A DNA stretch of 64,000 bases from Eledone cirrhosa. Taxonomy: Eukaryota. Numbering within the stretch: the first letter of the stretch is position 1; every line of letters begins with the position of its first letter. The notes under the pieces were generated by a model. That model saw only the letters and a program-made list of their open reading frames with translations. It was not told the DNA's origin and searched no databases. A program made the position numbers and the translations under genes. Below, piece after piece: positions 1 through 13,389 of this stretch. The stretch spans positions 28,768,001 to 28,832,000 of the forward strand of contig OZ024745.1 of NCBI GenBank assembly GCA_964016885.1. The letters run 5' to 3'.

Positions 1-54
1 CAAAGACAACAACGCTGATCTACCCCCACTCCCACTCCCACAAAATGCGGCATC

Positions 55-392
55 TCACCTCACTCACACCAAATCCGGCACACCGCCACACTCACACCAA
101 ATCCGGCACACCGCCACACTCACACCAAATCCGGCACACCGCCACACTCACACCAAATCCGGCACACCGCCACACTCACACCAAATCCGGCACACCGCCA
201 CACTCACACCAAATCCGGCACACCGCCACACTCACACCAAATCCGGCACACCGCCACACTCACACCAAATCCGGCACCCCGCCACACTCACACCAAATCC
301 GGCACCCCATACACTCACACCAAATCGGGCACCCCGACACACTCACACCAAATCTGGCACCCCGACACACTCGCACCAAATCTGGCACCCCG
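55..392. repeat. 28-bp minisatellite (CACTCACACCAAATCCGGCACACCGCCA)n, about 12 copies
   Basis: Near-perfect tandem copies with period 28, degenerating towards 390. Confidence 0.95.
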
Positions 393-504
393 AGCTGTGT
401 ATATGTTTGTGACTGTATATAGGTGTTTAGCAGAGAACACAGTGGGTTAATAGATACGTTAAGGCGTCAGACAACATATATTTCTTTAATGTTCCAACTC
501 TTTA

Positions 505-615
505 TGGTCAGAGTTCGAATCCCGTTAAGTCAAGTTGGTCTCCATCCTTCCGGGATCGATAAAATAAAGTACAAGTCACGTACTGGTGGGGTCGATTTAA
601 TCGATATTCACCCTC
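505..615 (+). mobile_element. tRNA-derived SINE fragment with Meta/MESC-like core
   Basis: B-box GTTCGAATCC followed by TCCATCCTTCCGGGATCGATAAAATAAAGTAC, the core shared by many copies in this window. Confidence 0.75.
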
Positions 616-739
616 CTCCACCATCACATCATGCATCAGAGCCACCAACGCAACCACCACCACCGCAACCACATCCAACACCGCAACCTTCATCACCTCC
701 AGCATCACCACCAACACAGCAACCCTACCACATACATTG

Positions 740-3700
740 AGTGGTGTGGTGTGAGTGCTGTAATTCGGTAGTGCTGTAGTGTAGTGTAGTGTAGTGTAGT
801 GTAGTGTAGTGTAGTGTAGTGTAGTGTAGTGTTGTAGTGTAGTGTGGTGTAGTGTTGTAGTGTAGTGTAGTGTAGTGTAGTGTAGTGTAGTGTAGTGTAG
901 TGTAGTGTAGTGTAGTGTAGTGTAGTGTAGTGTAGTGTAGTGTAGTGTAGTGTAGTGTTGTAGTGTAGTGTAGTGTAGTGTAATGTAGTGTGGTGTAGTG
1001 TTGTGTAGCGTAGTGAAGTGAAGTGTAGTGTAGTGTGGTGTAGTGTAGTGTGGTGTAGTGTAGTTTTGTGTAGTGTTGGGTAGTATGGTGTAGTATAGAG
1101 TGGTGTAGTGTAGTGTAGTATAGTATTGTGTGGTGTAGTGGTGTGTAGTGTTGGGTAGTATTGTGAAGTGTAGTGTAATGTAGTGTGGTGTGGTATAGAG
1201 TGGTATAGGGAAATGTAGTGTAGGGTAGTGTGGTATAGTGTAGTGTGGTGTAGTGTAGTGTGGTGTAGTGTAGTGTGGTGTAGTGTGGTGTAGTGTAATG
1301 TAATGTTGTGTGGTATAGTGTAGTGTGGTGTAATATAGTGTGATGTAGTGTAGTGTGGTGTAGTGTAGTGTAGTGTGGTGTAGTGTAGTGTTGTGTAGTG
1401 TTGTGTAGTGTTGGATAGTATGGTGTAGTGTAGTGTGGTTTAATGTTGTGTAGGGTAATATAGTGTAGTGTAGTGTGGTGTAGTGTAGTGCATTGTTGTG
1501 TGGTGTAGTGTAGTGTAGTGTAGTGTGGCGTAGCGTGGTGTAGTGTAGTGTAGTGTGGTGTAGTGTAGTGTAGTGATGTGTTGTGTAGTGTTGTGTAGTG
1601 TTGGGTAGTATGGTGTAGTGTAGTGTGGTGTACTGTAGTGTGGTCGGGTGTAGTGTGGTGTAGTGAAATGTTGTGTAGTATAGTGTGGTGTAGTGTGGTG
1701 TGGTGTAGTGTCGTGTGTTGTAGTGTAGTGTGATTTAGTGTAGTGTGGTGTAGTGTAGTGTGGTGTAGTGTGGTGTGGTGTGGTGTAGTGTAGTCTAGTG
1801 TAGTGTAGTGCGGTGTAGTGTAGTGTGGTGTAGTGAAGTGTTGTGTAGTGTGGTGTGGTGTGGTGTAATGTTGTGTAGGGTAGAATAGTGTAGTGTAGTG
1901 TAGTGTAGTGTAGTGTAGTGTAGTGTAGTGTAGTGTAGTGTAGTGTAGTGTAGTGTAGTGTTGTGTGGTGTAGTGTAGCGGGGTGTAGCGTTGTGTAGTG
2001 TAGTGTAGTGTAGTGTAGTGTAGTGTAGTGTAGTGTAGTGTAGTGTAGTGTAGTGTAGTGTAGTGTAGTGCAGTGCAGTGCAGTGCAGTGCGGTGCGGTG
2101 CAGTGCAGTGAAGTGCAGTGCAGTGCAGTGCAGTGCAGTGAAGTGCAGTGAGTGCAGTGCAGTGCAGCGAAGTGCAGCATAGTGTAGTGTAGTGTAGTGT
2201 GGTGTGGTGTGGTGTGGTGTGGTGTAGTGTAGTGTAGTGTAGTGTGGTGTGGTGTGGTGTGGTGTGGTGTGGTGTAGTGTGTGTGGTGTAGTGTAGTGTA
2301 GTGTAGTGTAGTGTAGTCTATTGTGGTGTGGTGTAGTGTAGTGTGGTGTGGTGTGGTGTGGTGTGATGTAGTGTGGTGTGGTGTGGCGTGGTGTGGTGTA
2401 GTGTGTTGTTGTGTAGTGTAGTGTTGTGTAGTGTGGTGTGGTGTAGTGTAGTATGGTGTAGTGTAGTGCAGTGTGGTGCAGTGTAGTGCAGTGTAGTGTA
2501 GTGTAGTGTAGTGTAGTGTAGTATAGTGTAGTGTAGTGTAGTGTAGTGTAGTGTGGTGTAGTATAGTTTAGTGTAGTGTAGTGTGGTATAGTGTAGTGCA
2601 GTGTAGTGTAGTGTAGTGTGGTGTGGTGTGGTGTGGTTTGGTGTAGTGTAGTGTAGTGTAGTGTAGTGTAGTGTGGTGTGGTGCGGTGCGGTGTGGTGTG
2701 GTGTGGTGTGGTGTGGTGTGGTGTGGTGTGGTGTGGTGTGGTGTAGTGTAATGTGGTGTGGTGTGGTGTGGTGTGGTGTGGTGTGGTGTGGTGTGGTGTG
2801 GTGTAGTGTAGTGTAGTGTAGTGTAGTGTAGTGTAGTGTAGTGTAGTGTAGTGTAGTGTAGTGTAGTGTGCTGTGGTGTAGTGTAGTGTAGTGTAGTGTA
2901 GTGTAGTGTAGTGTAGTGTAGTGTAGTGTAGTGTAGTGTAGTGTAGTATGGTGTAGTGTGGTGTGGTGCGGTGCGGTGCGGTGCGGTGCGGTGCGGTGCG
3001 GTGCGGTGCGGTGCGGTGCGGTGCGGTGCGGTGCGGTGCAGTGCAGTGCAGTGCAATGTGGTGTAGTATAGTTTAGTGTAGTGTAGTGTAGTGTGGTATA
3101 GTGTGGTGTAGTGTAGTGAAATGTGGTGTAGTGTAGTGTTGTGTAGTGAAGTATGGTGTAGTGTCGTGTTGTGTAGCGTAGTGCTGTGTAGTGAAGTCTG
3201 GTGTAGTGTACTGTGGTGTAGTGAAATGTTGTTTAGTATAGTGTGGTGTAGTGTGTTGTAGTGTAGCGTAGTGTGGTGTAGTGTAGTGTAGTGTAGTGTG
3301 GTGTATTGTAGCGTGGTGTAGTGTGGTGTGGTGTAGTGTAGTGTGGTGTAGTGTAGTGTTGTGTAGTGAAATGTGGTGTAGTGTAGTGTTGTGTAGAGAA
3401 GTGTAGTGTATTGTGGTGTAGTGTAATGTAGTGTAATGTAGTGTGTTGTTTAGTATAGTGTGGTGTAGTGTGGTGTAGTGTGGTGTAGTGTGGTGTAGTG
3501 TAGTGTGGTTTAGTGTGGTGTAGTGTAGTTTAGTGTAGTTTAGTGTAGTGCAATGTGGTGTAGTCTAGTGTGGTGTAGTGTGGTATAGTGTAGTGTGGTG
3601 TAGTGTAGTGTTGTGTAGTGACGTGTAGTGTCGTGTAGTGTGGTGTGGTGTAGTGTCGTGTAGTGTGGTGTGGTGTAGTGTAGTGTGGTGTAGTGTAGTG

Positions 3701-5545
3701 TGGTGTAGTGTGCTGTAGTGTAGTGTAGTGTGGTGTGGTGTAGTGTAGTGTGGTGTAGTGTAGTGTGGTGTAGTGTGCTGTAGTGTAGTGTTGTGTAGTG
3801 AAGTGTGGTGTAGTGTAGAGCTGTGTGGTGTAGTGTAGTGTGGTGTAGTGAAATGTTGTGTAGTATAGTGTGGTGTAGTGTGGTGTGGTGTAGTGTCGTG
3901 TGTTGTAGTGTAGTGTGGTTTAGTGTAGTGTGGTGTAGTGAAATGTTGTGTAGTATAGTGTGGTGTAGTGTGGTGTGGTGTAGTGTCGTGTGTTGTAGTG
4001 TAGTAGTGGTTTAGTGTAGTGTGGTGTAGTGTAGTGTGGTGTAGTGTGGTGTAGTGTAGTCTAGTTTAGTGCAGTGTGGTGTAGTGTAGTGTGGTGTAGT
4101 GAGTGTTGTGTAGTGTGGTGTGGTGTAGTGTGGTGTAGTGTAATGTTCTGTAGTGAAGTGTGGTGTAGTTTAGTGTGGTGTAGTGTTGTGTAGTGAAGTG
4201 TAGTGTAGTGTGTTGTAGTGTAGTGTATTGTGTAGTGAAGTGTGTTGTAGTGTAGTGTTGTGTAGTGTAGTGTGTGGTGTGGTGTGGTGTGGTGTGGTGT
4301 GGTGTGGTGTGGTGTAGTGTAGTGTAGTGTAGTGTAGTGTAGTGTAGTGTAGTGTAGTGTAGTGTAGTGTGGTGTGATGTAGTGTAGTGTAGTGTAGTGT
4401 AGTGTAGTGTAGTGTAGTGTAGTGTAGTGTAGTGTAGTGTAATGTGGTGTAGTGTGGTGTGGTGTGGTGTAGTGTGGTGTAATGTGGTGTAGTGCAGTCT
4501 AGTGTGGTGTAGTGTACTGCAGTGTAGTGTGGTGTAGTGTAGGGTAGTGTGGTGTAGTGTAGTGTAGTGTGGTGTAGTGTAGTGTTGTGTAGTGAATTGT
4601 GGTGTAGTGTAGTGTTGTGTAGTGAAGTGTAGTGTATTGTGGTGTAGTGTTGGGTAGTATGTTGTAGTATAGAATGGTGAAGTGTATTGTGGTGTAGTGT
4701 TGGGTAGTATGTTGTAGTATAGAATGGTGAAGTGTAGTGTGGTGTAGTGTTGGGTAGTATGTTGTAGTATAGAATGGTGAAGTGTAGTGTGGTGTAGTGT
4801 GGTTTAGTGTGGTGTAGTGTTGGGCAGTATGGTGTAGTATAGAGTGGTTTAATGTAGTGTAGTGTAGTGTGGTGTAGTGTGGTTTAGTGTAGTGTAGTGT
4901 ATTGTGGTGTATTGTGGTTTAGTGTGGTTTAGTGTGATGTAGTGTCGTTTAGTGTAGTGCAGTGTGGTGTGGTGTAGTGTGGTGTGGTGTAGTGTAGTGT
5001 TGTGTAGTCTAGTGTGGTGTAGTATAGTTTGGTGTAGTATAGTATGGTGTAGTGTAGTGTAGTGTAGTGTAGTGTGATGTAGTGAAGTGTAGTGTAGTGT
5101 AGTGTAGTGTAGTGTAATGTGGTGTAGTGTGGTGTAGTGTGGTGTGGTGTAGTGAAGTGTGTGTAGTGTGGTGTCGTGTAGTGAAGTGTGTGTAGTGTAG
5201 TGTGGTGTGGTGTGATTTGGTGTGGTGTAGTGTTGTGTAGTGTAGTGTAGTGTGATGTAGTGAATTGTAGTGTAGTGTAGTGTAGTGTAGTGTAGTGTAG
5301 TGTAGTGTAGTGTAGTGTAGTGTAGTGTAGTGTAATGTGGTGTAGTGTGGTGTAGTGTGGTGTGGTGTAGTGTGGTGTGTGTAGTGTGGTGTCGTGTAGT
5401 GAAGTGTGTGTAGTGTAGTGTGGTGTGGTGTGATTTGGTGTGGTGTAGTGTAGTGTAGTGTAGTGTAGTGTAGTGTAGTGTAGTGTAGTGTAGTGTAGTG
5501 TAGTGTAATGTAGTGTAGTGTAGTGTAGTGTAGTGTGGTGTAGTG
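740..5545. repeat. 4.8-kb pentanucleotide satellite (GTAGT/GTGGT/GCAGT/GCGGT)n
   Basis: Continuous period-5 array. The His/Tyr/Thr ORFs over it are artefacts. Confidence 0.98.
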
Positions 5546-5999
5546 ATGCTGCTACACTGAGATGTTTGATGTAACATACTGAGGGGATAAGAATCTATCT
5601 ACAGATGGTAAATAGCTGAAATATGGAAGACAAGAGAAGAGGGATATTGGAGATAGAGGGTGGAGGAGGATGGGGGCGGTAGTTTGATGGTGGTGGTCAA
5701 ATGTAAGGGAGGTTTGGGTTGGGTGGTATGGAGACAGCTTGAAAGTTGACTCTTTAGGAAACAAGACGGTAGATGGAGCGAATGTGTGGAGGTCTGGTGT
5801 GGTGTGGGGATGGGGTTGGTGAGTGTCTGATCAGTTTGACTGTAGGAAATAAGACTGCATGGATGGAGAGGATTGGAGAGAGGAAGGAGGTGAATGGCAG
5901 ATATGGGTGGCCGCAGTTATGATGTTTGAGAAATTAGTCCATTCAAGTAAGCTTGTGTAGTGCTCATTACATGTGAGTGGAGTACCCGAGAAGCAGGTG

Positions 6000-6595
6000 G
6001 CTGAATTAAGTGCAAGAATTGCAGGAGCTGGTGCAGTAATGCGCCAACTTCAGCATTCGATCATCAGAAGAAGGGGGTATGCGTAAAGCCCACACTCGCT
6101 GTCTTTACTTATTCGTGCCAACCTTTATCTATGGTCATGAAACTTAGATAATGACCGAAAGAATGCAATCGCGAATACGAGTGGCCGAAATGGGATTTCT
6201 CCGTAATGTCTTTGGAGTAACGTTACTCGATAGAGTGCGTAGCACAGAGATTAGCGAGTTGTTCCATGTAGATCCGCTATTCCTCTGAATTGAGAGTTCA
6301 CAGCCCCGATATTACGGACATGTGGTTAGAATGTCTCAAGATAGAATCACTGGACAGATTTGACGGGCAAAATCAATTGGCAGGAAATGGAGCAGTAGAC
6401 CCCGAGCAAGATATTTGGATAACATCCTTGAGTTCGGCTGGTCTCGTTTGGGGATCCAGCTTATCGATTGGAGATGGTTGCTTCTCACAGGATTTGCTGG
6501 ATGGCGTGTTTGAGGACCCCCCACCCATACCCCTCCCCCACCCCACCCCATGACTCTTCCAGGAATAAGTGAGCGAAGAAGAAGAAGAAGGAGGA
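6000..6595 (+). mobile_element. Degenerate 3' end of an RTE-clade LINE
   Basis: Remnants such as PTFIYGHET and AEMGFLR of the post-RT region, ending in a (GAA)n tail near 6575-6590. Confidence 0.75.
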
Positions 6596-6734
6596 GAAAA
6601 CTTTGTAGGGGTTTGTTCAGTGAACATGACCACCACGACTGAATATAGACTACTGCTTCGGTTGCACACACACATACATACACACACGTAATCACACATA
6701 CACACACACACAGAAATATGCAGTTACACACACA

Positions 6735-7145
6735 TAAATCTACCTGCATGTGTTACGCTAAGTCTCCCTGAGAATTGCGTTAAGGGTACATGTGCACTTA
6801 TAATATAATACAAAATGGACCGTACCAGTAATTCAAAGGGCCAGCTTTATCATACATTATGCCACCGAGTCTCCCTGAGAACTACGTTAAGGGTAGAAGT
6901 GTATATGGAATGTTCAGCCACTTACAATATAATACAAGAAGGACTTGTAGCCGTAATTCAAAGAGTCAGCTTTTCCACTCACAGTGTTATGCTGAATCTC
7001 TCTGACAATTATGTTATGGGTATACATGACTGTAGAATGTTCAACCACTTGCATATTACTTTCACGAACAGGCTGTTCCGTTGTTCAAACAACTAGAACA
7101 CTGATCGACGGAATCGACGAAGGTCCAACAACAGCAACAACAATA
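6735..7145 (+). mobile_element. Tandemly reiterated SINE-like fragments
   Basis: Three diverged copies of (G)TCTCCCTGAGAACTACGTTAAGGGTA..., ending in a (CAA)-rich tail. Family not identified. Confidence 0.5.
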
Positions 7146-7565
7146 TCAACAATTTCATTGCAATGCATAAATTCAAAAGTAAAAGTAAAGGGCCCTGATG
7201 AAGTGGTAGGGTGCTTTCACACGGTATGTCATGGGTATTTAATATATGGCGGAATCCTCCAGAATGTATAAAATTAACTCACAAAAAGGCAAATTAATTT
7301 TCTCATACGAAAAGAAATTGCGAAAGTAATTTCAAGGAATTTATTCCCAAAACCCCTACAATTCAACATTTATCAGTTTATAGATTTCTTCGCTGGTACA
7401 TAAATATTTCTACGCATTCTTGATTCATGTTTTTCTCAGTATTCATCATAATCATCAACATAATGATCATTAGCAATAATAATAAATGATAATAATAATA
7501 ATGTTAATAATAATATTACTTTTGAATTAGATGCGGTAGTTACTTTTAGCTATCGAGTTCTTTTG

Positions 7566-8210
7566 TTATCGATTTAGAGTGGCAAGAGCGTTCTTCCATA
7601 TCAGTTGGTTAAACTTGGCACCAGATACATATATTGCCGTCATCATAGGCCACATCGATAAAAAGAAGATTAGCCGGGAATTGAACTTAAATGAGTCGAG
7701 GAAGAGATACACCCAAGAACCAGTATTTGTCCTCAGAAAGAGAACGGTTGTCTGATAGGAGGTTGTAATCATGACAATTCCAATGAGGTGAGCCAGAACC
7801 TGGAAATAAGGATGGTAGACGAGGTATTTTTCCATGAGAACCATGAAAAGAGGAAGAGAGTGTATGATGTGGTTATTAATATCCGTTAACACGTTGGTAA
7901 TAAATTCGGTGTCCAGAAAAAATATACTCCAGAAAATCAGAGAGACTAACGTCCCCATAGGAAAGACGATGGAATTGAAGTAGTGTGTTAGGAGTTCACG
8001 GAAGATCCTTTGGCTTGACTTGAACGAAAGGATGATATCGTAGGTTAAGCTCAGTAGGAAGAAAAGCCAGAGAATCCACTGGTTCCATAAACTCAAGACA
8101 TTTAAGTTATGTGTGATGATATACAAGTTGTGCCATCTATTCTTCATTATTCCGTACGTCAACACGAACAGACATGCAGTATGAAATAACAGACGAATTT
8201 TCAATGCCAT
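7566..8210 (-). CDS. FAR-17a/AIG1/ADTRP-family multipass membrane hydrolase, 214 aa, intron-free CDS
   Basis: Hydrophobic ORF with family motifs L(S/T)xWN, FPxGxxVxxIFW-x4-D, NHxxH-x-LP-x5-E, HPY and WVY-x-FL. Confidence 0.85.
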   Translation of the reverse strand: MALKIRLLFHTACLFVLTYGIMKNRWHNLYIITHNLNVLSLWNQWILWLFFLLSLTYDIILSFKSSQRIFRELLTHYFNSIVFPMGTLVSLIFWSIFFLDTEFITNVLTDINNHIIHSLPLFMVLMEKYLVYHPYFQVLAHLIGIVMITTSYQTTVLFLRTNTGSWVYLFLDSFKFNSRLIFFLSMWPMMTAIYVSGAKFNQLIWKNALATLNR

Positions 8211-8814
8211 TTTTTTTTGTTTTCCTTTGTGGGGTTAACGTATCAAATATTTACCCAAATTGTTTTCCGAATAAGTTTCTTCTGAACTGATAGATGAACA
8301 ATTGTTTTTACACAATATAAACAATGTCTGTCTATGGTGTGTGTGCGTGCGAGTGTGGACGTGTGTATGTGTGTGTGTATAATTATTATTGTTATAATTA
8401 TCACATACAATATATGTTTGTATGGGTGTGCTTGTCTGTGATTGTCACTGTTATAATAAATGCCACACACAATATATATAATGTTTGTGTGTGTTATTGA
8501 TTTTGTTGTATAATTTTTTAGCTATCATTGATAACAGACGAGAAAGAAATATTTTGGTTGAAAGCAGACGTTTCCCTCCTCTCTTCCTATCTGTGGTTTT
8601 CCTTGTTTTGATCCTTTCTTATACAGAATTCGCCTTGTCAACCTGGTTTGCGTTTTTAATAAAGCTTCTTGTCTGTCCGTGTGTCTTTTAATATCACTCC
8701 CTGTCTGGGTGTACTTTTTTTTTATAAAACTATTTCAACCTCATTCTTCTTCATCTCTTCGCCATTTTCAAGTCTTAACTCTATGTCACCAAACTTTAAT
8801 ATGACAACTGCTGG

Positions 8815-8822
8815 TGACGTCA
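8815..8822. promoter_or_regulatory. Full CRE palindrome TGACGTCA upstream of AIG1-like copy 1
   Basis: Exact motif, retained at the homologous position upstream of copy 2 (16998-17005). Confidence 0.45.
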
Positions 8823-9279
8823 TAAAAGGCATTCATTTGTACAAGGTCAACTGATTCGTGACGTTATAATTAGCATTTTAACAAAATTAACACGGGGAGA
8901 AGAGAGTAAAGAACAAATAAATAATAACAGTAATAATAAAACGAGAAAAATAAATTGCCAAATGTAAAAAATAAAGACTTGGAATAAGAAAAACTGCAGT
9001 GATTTATTGCTGCCGATAACAGGAAGACATACTTAAAAATCTTCACGCGCTACCGTTAAGTCTTTCTATTTTTAAAAGCAATATTTGGTCGTAAATTTTT
9101 TTTGAAATATTTACTTCTGCGTCCACAGATTGATATTTCTCAGTTTCAGATGATCCCGCTTAGGGTGAAAGCAGAAATTGTTTGCTTAGACTTTCAATCT
9201 GCGATAATAATAGATATTTGGACGGCGGGTTTATATATACAACCCTTATCAAGTCCCTTCTGGATTTTGCTCTTTGTAT

Positions 9280-9301
9280 CTACTACTACTACCACTACCT
9301 T

Positions 9302-9340
<39 letters not shown>

Positions 9341-9390
9341 TCTACTACTACTACTACTTTCTACTACTACTACTACTACTACTTACTACT

Positions 9391-9422
<32 letters not shown>

Positions 9423-9468
9423 TCTTTATGTATATATATATAGAGAGAGAGAGAGACGTGTACATATG

Positions 9469-9549
<81 letters not shown>

Positions 9550-9572
9550 AAATATATATATGTATATATATA
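9280..9572. repeat. (TAC)n and (TA)n microsatellites
   Basis: Directly visible. Confidence 0.95.
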
Positions 9573-9931
9573 ACAATGAAAAGGTACAGGGGTATACTTA
9601 AAGATTACTTTTTCTTTAATCTGACAGAATGAATATTTTTATAATTTTTATATTAAATGGATTTATGTTTTGTCAAATATTACTGGTTTTGATTGGCATG
9701 TCAATCTCATCAATAAATAAACAGTTTGTTCTCATATTTTGTGGGCAGTTGGAAGATATGTGAATTTTCTGTCAAAAGTTCTTATACATATGTTCTTTGC
9801 GAAAGTAGGGTTGAAGTGGAGTTGAATAGATCAGGGTTCAACTGATTCACGAGAAAATTCTCTTGTTTAAATAGAAAATTCATTTACCATTAATAAAAAA
9901 AAAAAGACTAGATGATAAATTTTGTTCTGTA

Positions 9932-10019
<88 letters not shown>

Positions 10020-10183
10020 ATTAGATGGGGTTTGCATGTGTAAAAAGGTCAAATTATTTTCAAATTCTGTAAGATATAAATGGAAAGCTGACAATCGTAA
10101 TTAAAACACTCGATAAATGAGTGGCAAAACAGAACAAGAAACTTCACACCACATCAAAAGCAAGATCGTACACCCCCCCTCTC

Positions 10184-10215
<32 letters not shown>

Positions 10216-11229
10216 GAGAGAGGAAAAGAGTCAGGACCCCGACGGCAGAGCTCCGGTCGTTTCGACAGCTAGATCCGACAATAATGTTTCTTCTCTGAGG
10301 ATTCTAAGTGCATAATCTTTATAATAGTTTATAATGGTTTTCTGCTGGCATGTGTAGTGTGTATACATGTAGATATAATACATCAAATAAAATCGTAATT
10401 GACAATATAACAGAAATTGAACGAAGACCGTTACACTGTCTTATGTAATCAGTAAAGTAATCCATGATACATTAAAAAAAGACGATATTATATATAAACT
10501 GCATTAGGAGAAAATTAGTGACAGAAAATAATATGTTTATTTAAGCGATGGCTACCGGAAGTGTTGACCTTTGAAAATGTTAAAGAAGTGAATCTTTAAA
10601 TAAATAATAAAATATATTTAATGAACAGCCACGAAATTTAGTAGATAAATTATGTAATATTCATTCATTATTTATTCAAAGTAATCCAACTTATTTTACT
10701 AATGGGATAAAAAAAATTATAAACTGTACGCAGTCGCGCGCTTCTTACTTTATTATAGTTTAGATATGTATGCATACACGCATATATCGACCTGTTGCAT
10801 TGTATTTATACATTAGATGAAACACTGTGTAAGGAGTAAATCTTGTTTTTAAATGTATTGCCTTCTTGTTTTTAAATGTATTGCTTATACATGCTCTGCT
10901 CACCTTCTGCGCTTAAATCTCATCAAATATTAACCTTACTATAATATTTAACATTGCATTGAGCACACTTTGCTTCGGCTACAGGCATCTAATATATTAA
11001 TTTATTATATCATAGTTCTTTCTCTTCTACTGTAATGATATATGTTTTTTCTTCGATATTTATATATAAGATACAACGGAGGCACTATTTCCATTTAATT
11101 TTAAATCCTCCGCTGTTTGTAAACAAAAGCTGAAAAAGCTTTGTATCTTAAATATATGTATTCATACGCTATGATTATATAGCTTCGCGGGAGAATAGGT
11201 GTGAAAATCGGGCAAAATACCTCTATAGA

Positions 11230-11420
11230 AGGAAAAAGTGGTCAGCATCCTTGGCCCTAGGGCTACCTCGATATTCACCACCATAGGCGCTGAGCTGGCC
11301 AGCCGCAGGTGTGAGCCTCGCGAGTTGGAATGGCTCTTCCAGCGCATCTCCTTTACCATCCTCAGGGGAAACGCCTTCTCCATTCTGTCCGCCGGGGCTG
11401 TGGGGAATCCAGCACGTGGG
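11230..11420 (+). mobile_element. C-terminal fragment of a CRE-like (RLE-type) non-LTR retrotransposon
   Basis: Translation EPRELEWLFQRISFTILRGNAFSIL resembles the FQRISxAxQRGNA end of CRE-clade ORFs. Confidence 0.65.
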
Positions 11421-11554
11421 ACCCCATTTGCTCCCCATACGGATTAATAGGCAAAGTTATAAACTATTGTTTCTACCGGTTGGAAGTCGGTGTTACAGTT
11501 CTGTAGTTTTTGGTTTTCACGAGATGTATTTCCAAATAGTAGTCGTTAGAACGT

Positions 11555-11670
11555 CAGATAGAATGTTTCGCGGTAATCGTTGCAGCTCCTACGTCCCGAG
11601 TTCAAATCCGGCCGGAGTTAACTTTGACTTTTATCCTTTCGAAGTCGATAAATAAAATACCAGTCTATCT
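11555..11670 (+). mobile_element. SINE, Meta/MESC-like core
   Basis: GAGTTCAAATCC...TTTTATCCTTTCGAAGTCGATAAATAAAATACCAG. Confidence 0.7.
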
Positions 11671-11767
11671 CTTAAAAAAAAAACAAAAAAAAAACAACAA
11701 CTGAACTCTGTACCTCTCAAACTCCGGCTGAGCAATGTGTATTTTAGCTAAACGATCCCTGGCGTAT

Positions 11768-12084
11768 CAGGGTTGGATTTAGACCTTGGGGGCTCCGGGG
11801 CACTTAGGTTGAGGTGGATGGGAGGGGGGGGGGGGCTCATGCACAACAATTAGTATACATAGCAAGCCCCCCACCCCCCATTAATTTTACATATCAAAGT
11901 TAGCTTGGCGCGAGTAATTGAAATTGAAATGTTATACATACAGGTATTAAATTCAAAATATCTAACCATCATAAAACTAAAATGCCCAGCTGAGGGCACA
12001 AATAAATTGCTACAGCCGTCACTGGTGCCCCACCCCCCACTGCGGGTAATTGCCCCCTTTGCACCCCTATCAAATCTGACCCTG
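11768..12084. mobile_element. Non-autonomous hAT-like MITE
   Basis: Terminal inverted repeats CAGGGTTGGATTT / AAATCTGACCCTG. No clear TSD. Confidence 0.55.
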
Positions 12085-13389
12085 GTGTGACAACATTTTG
12101 TAAATAAATATTGGAGCGTCGAGTGAGATGATATATTTAGAAACGCAGAAAATCTCAAAAGCAAGACAATCGATGTCGTCAAGGGTCGCTTAGCTCAAAG
12201 ATACAGAGCACTCAGTTGGAATTTAAAAAGTATTTATCAGAGGTGAATAAATTGTTGGATTGTAGTAGGCGTTGTGAGATAAGGTTGATGAAGTAGATGA
12301 ATGAGTAGTTTGTTGGTCGAGTTCATGACAAGTGAGAGAAGTGTCTCTCAGCGAGTCGAACAAATTGTTGCTGTGAAGTCTTGCCATTGCCGAGGAAACC
12401 AGTGGTTGTAGTCGCTTGTTGTGGGGATGTGATATTACCGTGGGGGAAACGATTTCCCCCAATCACATTATATGTCTTTCAATATGATACCAAGTATGTC
12501 TGTGACGTGTTTAAGTTGGTTGACTTTGCGTGTGTGAATATAGAATCTAAAGGTAGAGAATTCTACTAACCACTTGTCGATGGGGGTGTGCGAATATTAG
12601 CCGACTGTTTTTCTGTGGTCAAAATCACTTGTATTTATAAGGATTGGGTTGCCCAGAAACATTAAACAGGCAGCCTGGCAGTTCACTTTTCAACAAAAGT
12701 AATAAATCTATTCGATGAAACAAAAGGAATTGGTATCTCAGTTTGTCTGAGGTCAAAGGTATGTGTGTGTCGATAATGCAACCACCTGAGAACATTGGAA
12801 AATATCTTGAGGTTTCGCTACAGGTACAGAGTGTAAGTGGAAATTTAGCAGCACAAAAAACAAGACCGGATGAACTCCTCAGAGTCAACGGCCAACCACC
12901 ACAATTATGGGTTAGATACCTTCACCAACCCGCAATTAGCCAAGTGTGGTGAGTACGGCTACACCTTTGAAGACATAGCCAAAGCCAAACAGAAAACGGT
13001 GGAGGAATCCATCCTTCTCCAGCTCTGAGCACAACAAATTTCTTCTTCGAGATAGGGAGGTAGAATCTACCCCAGTACTGGACTATTACTTTATTTATCA
13101 ACGTCGAAGGGATGAATGGCAAAGTTCATCTTGGCAGAGCGAAATGTATACCGCAAAAAATTCTAACGCAGAGTTTCTTAACCTTTTTTATTTTTGTAGA
13201 ACCCTTGAAATAGTTTTCATGTCTCAGGGAACTCCAGCATAAAAATTATTATATACTATTATTAACATTTATTTCTTTCATATTTTTATCGTAGTTCACA
13301 TGGTAAACATATATTTTGGGGGAATAACTGATAAAGAAAAAATGATCCCCTTTTTTGTCAAATCTATTAGCAATGCCCCCCCCCCCCCC

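Noticed and set aside
45-740. 125-aa and 105-aa ORFs at the window start
   Set aside because: They derive from a 28-bp minisatellite, a SINE and a CCA-rich tract.
1440-5577. His/Thr/Tyr-rich ORFs (HYTTL)n
   Set aside because: Translation of the pentamer satellite with no non-repetitive coding content.
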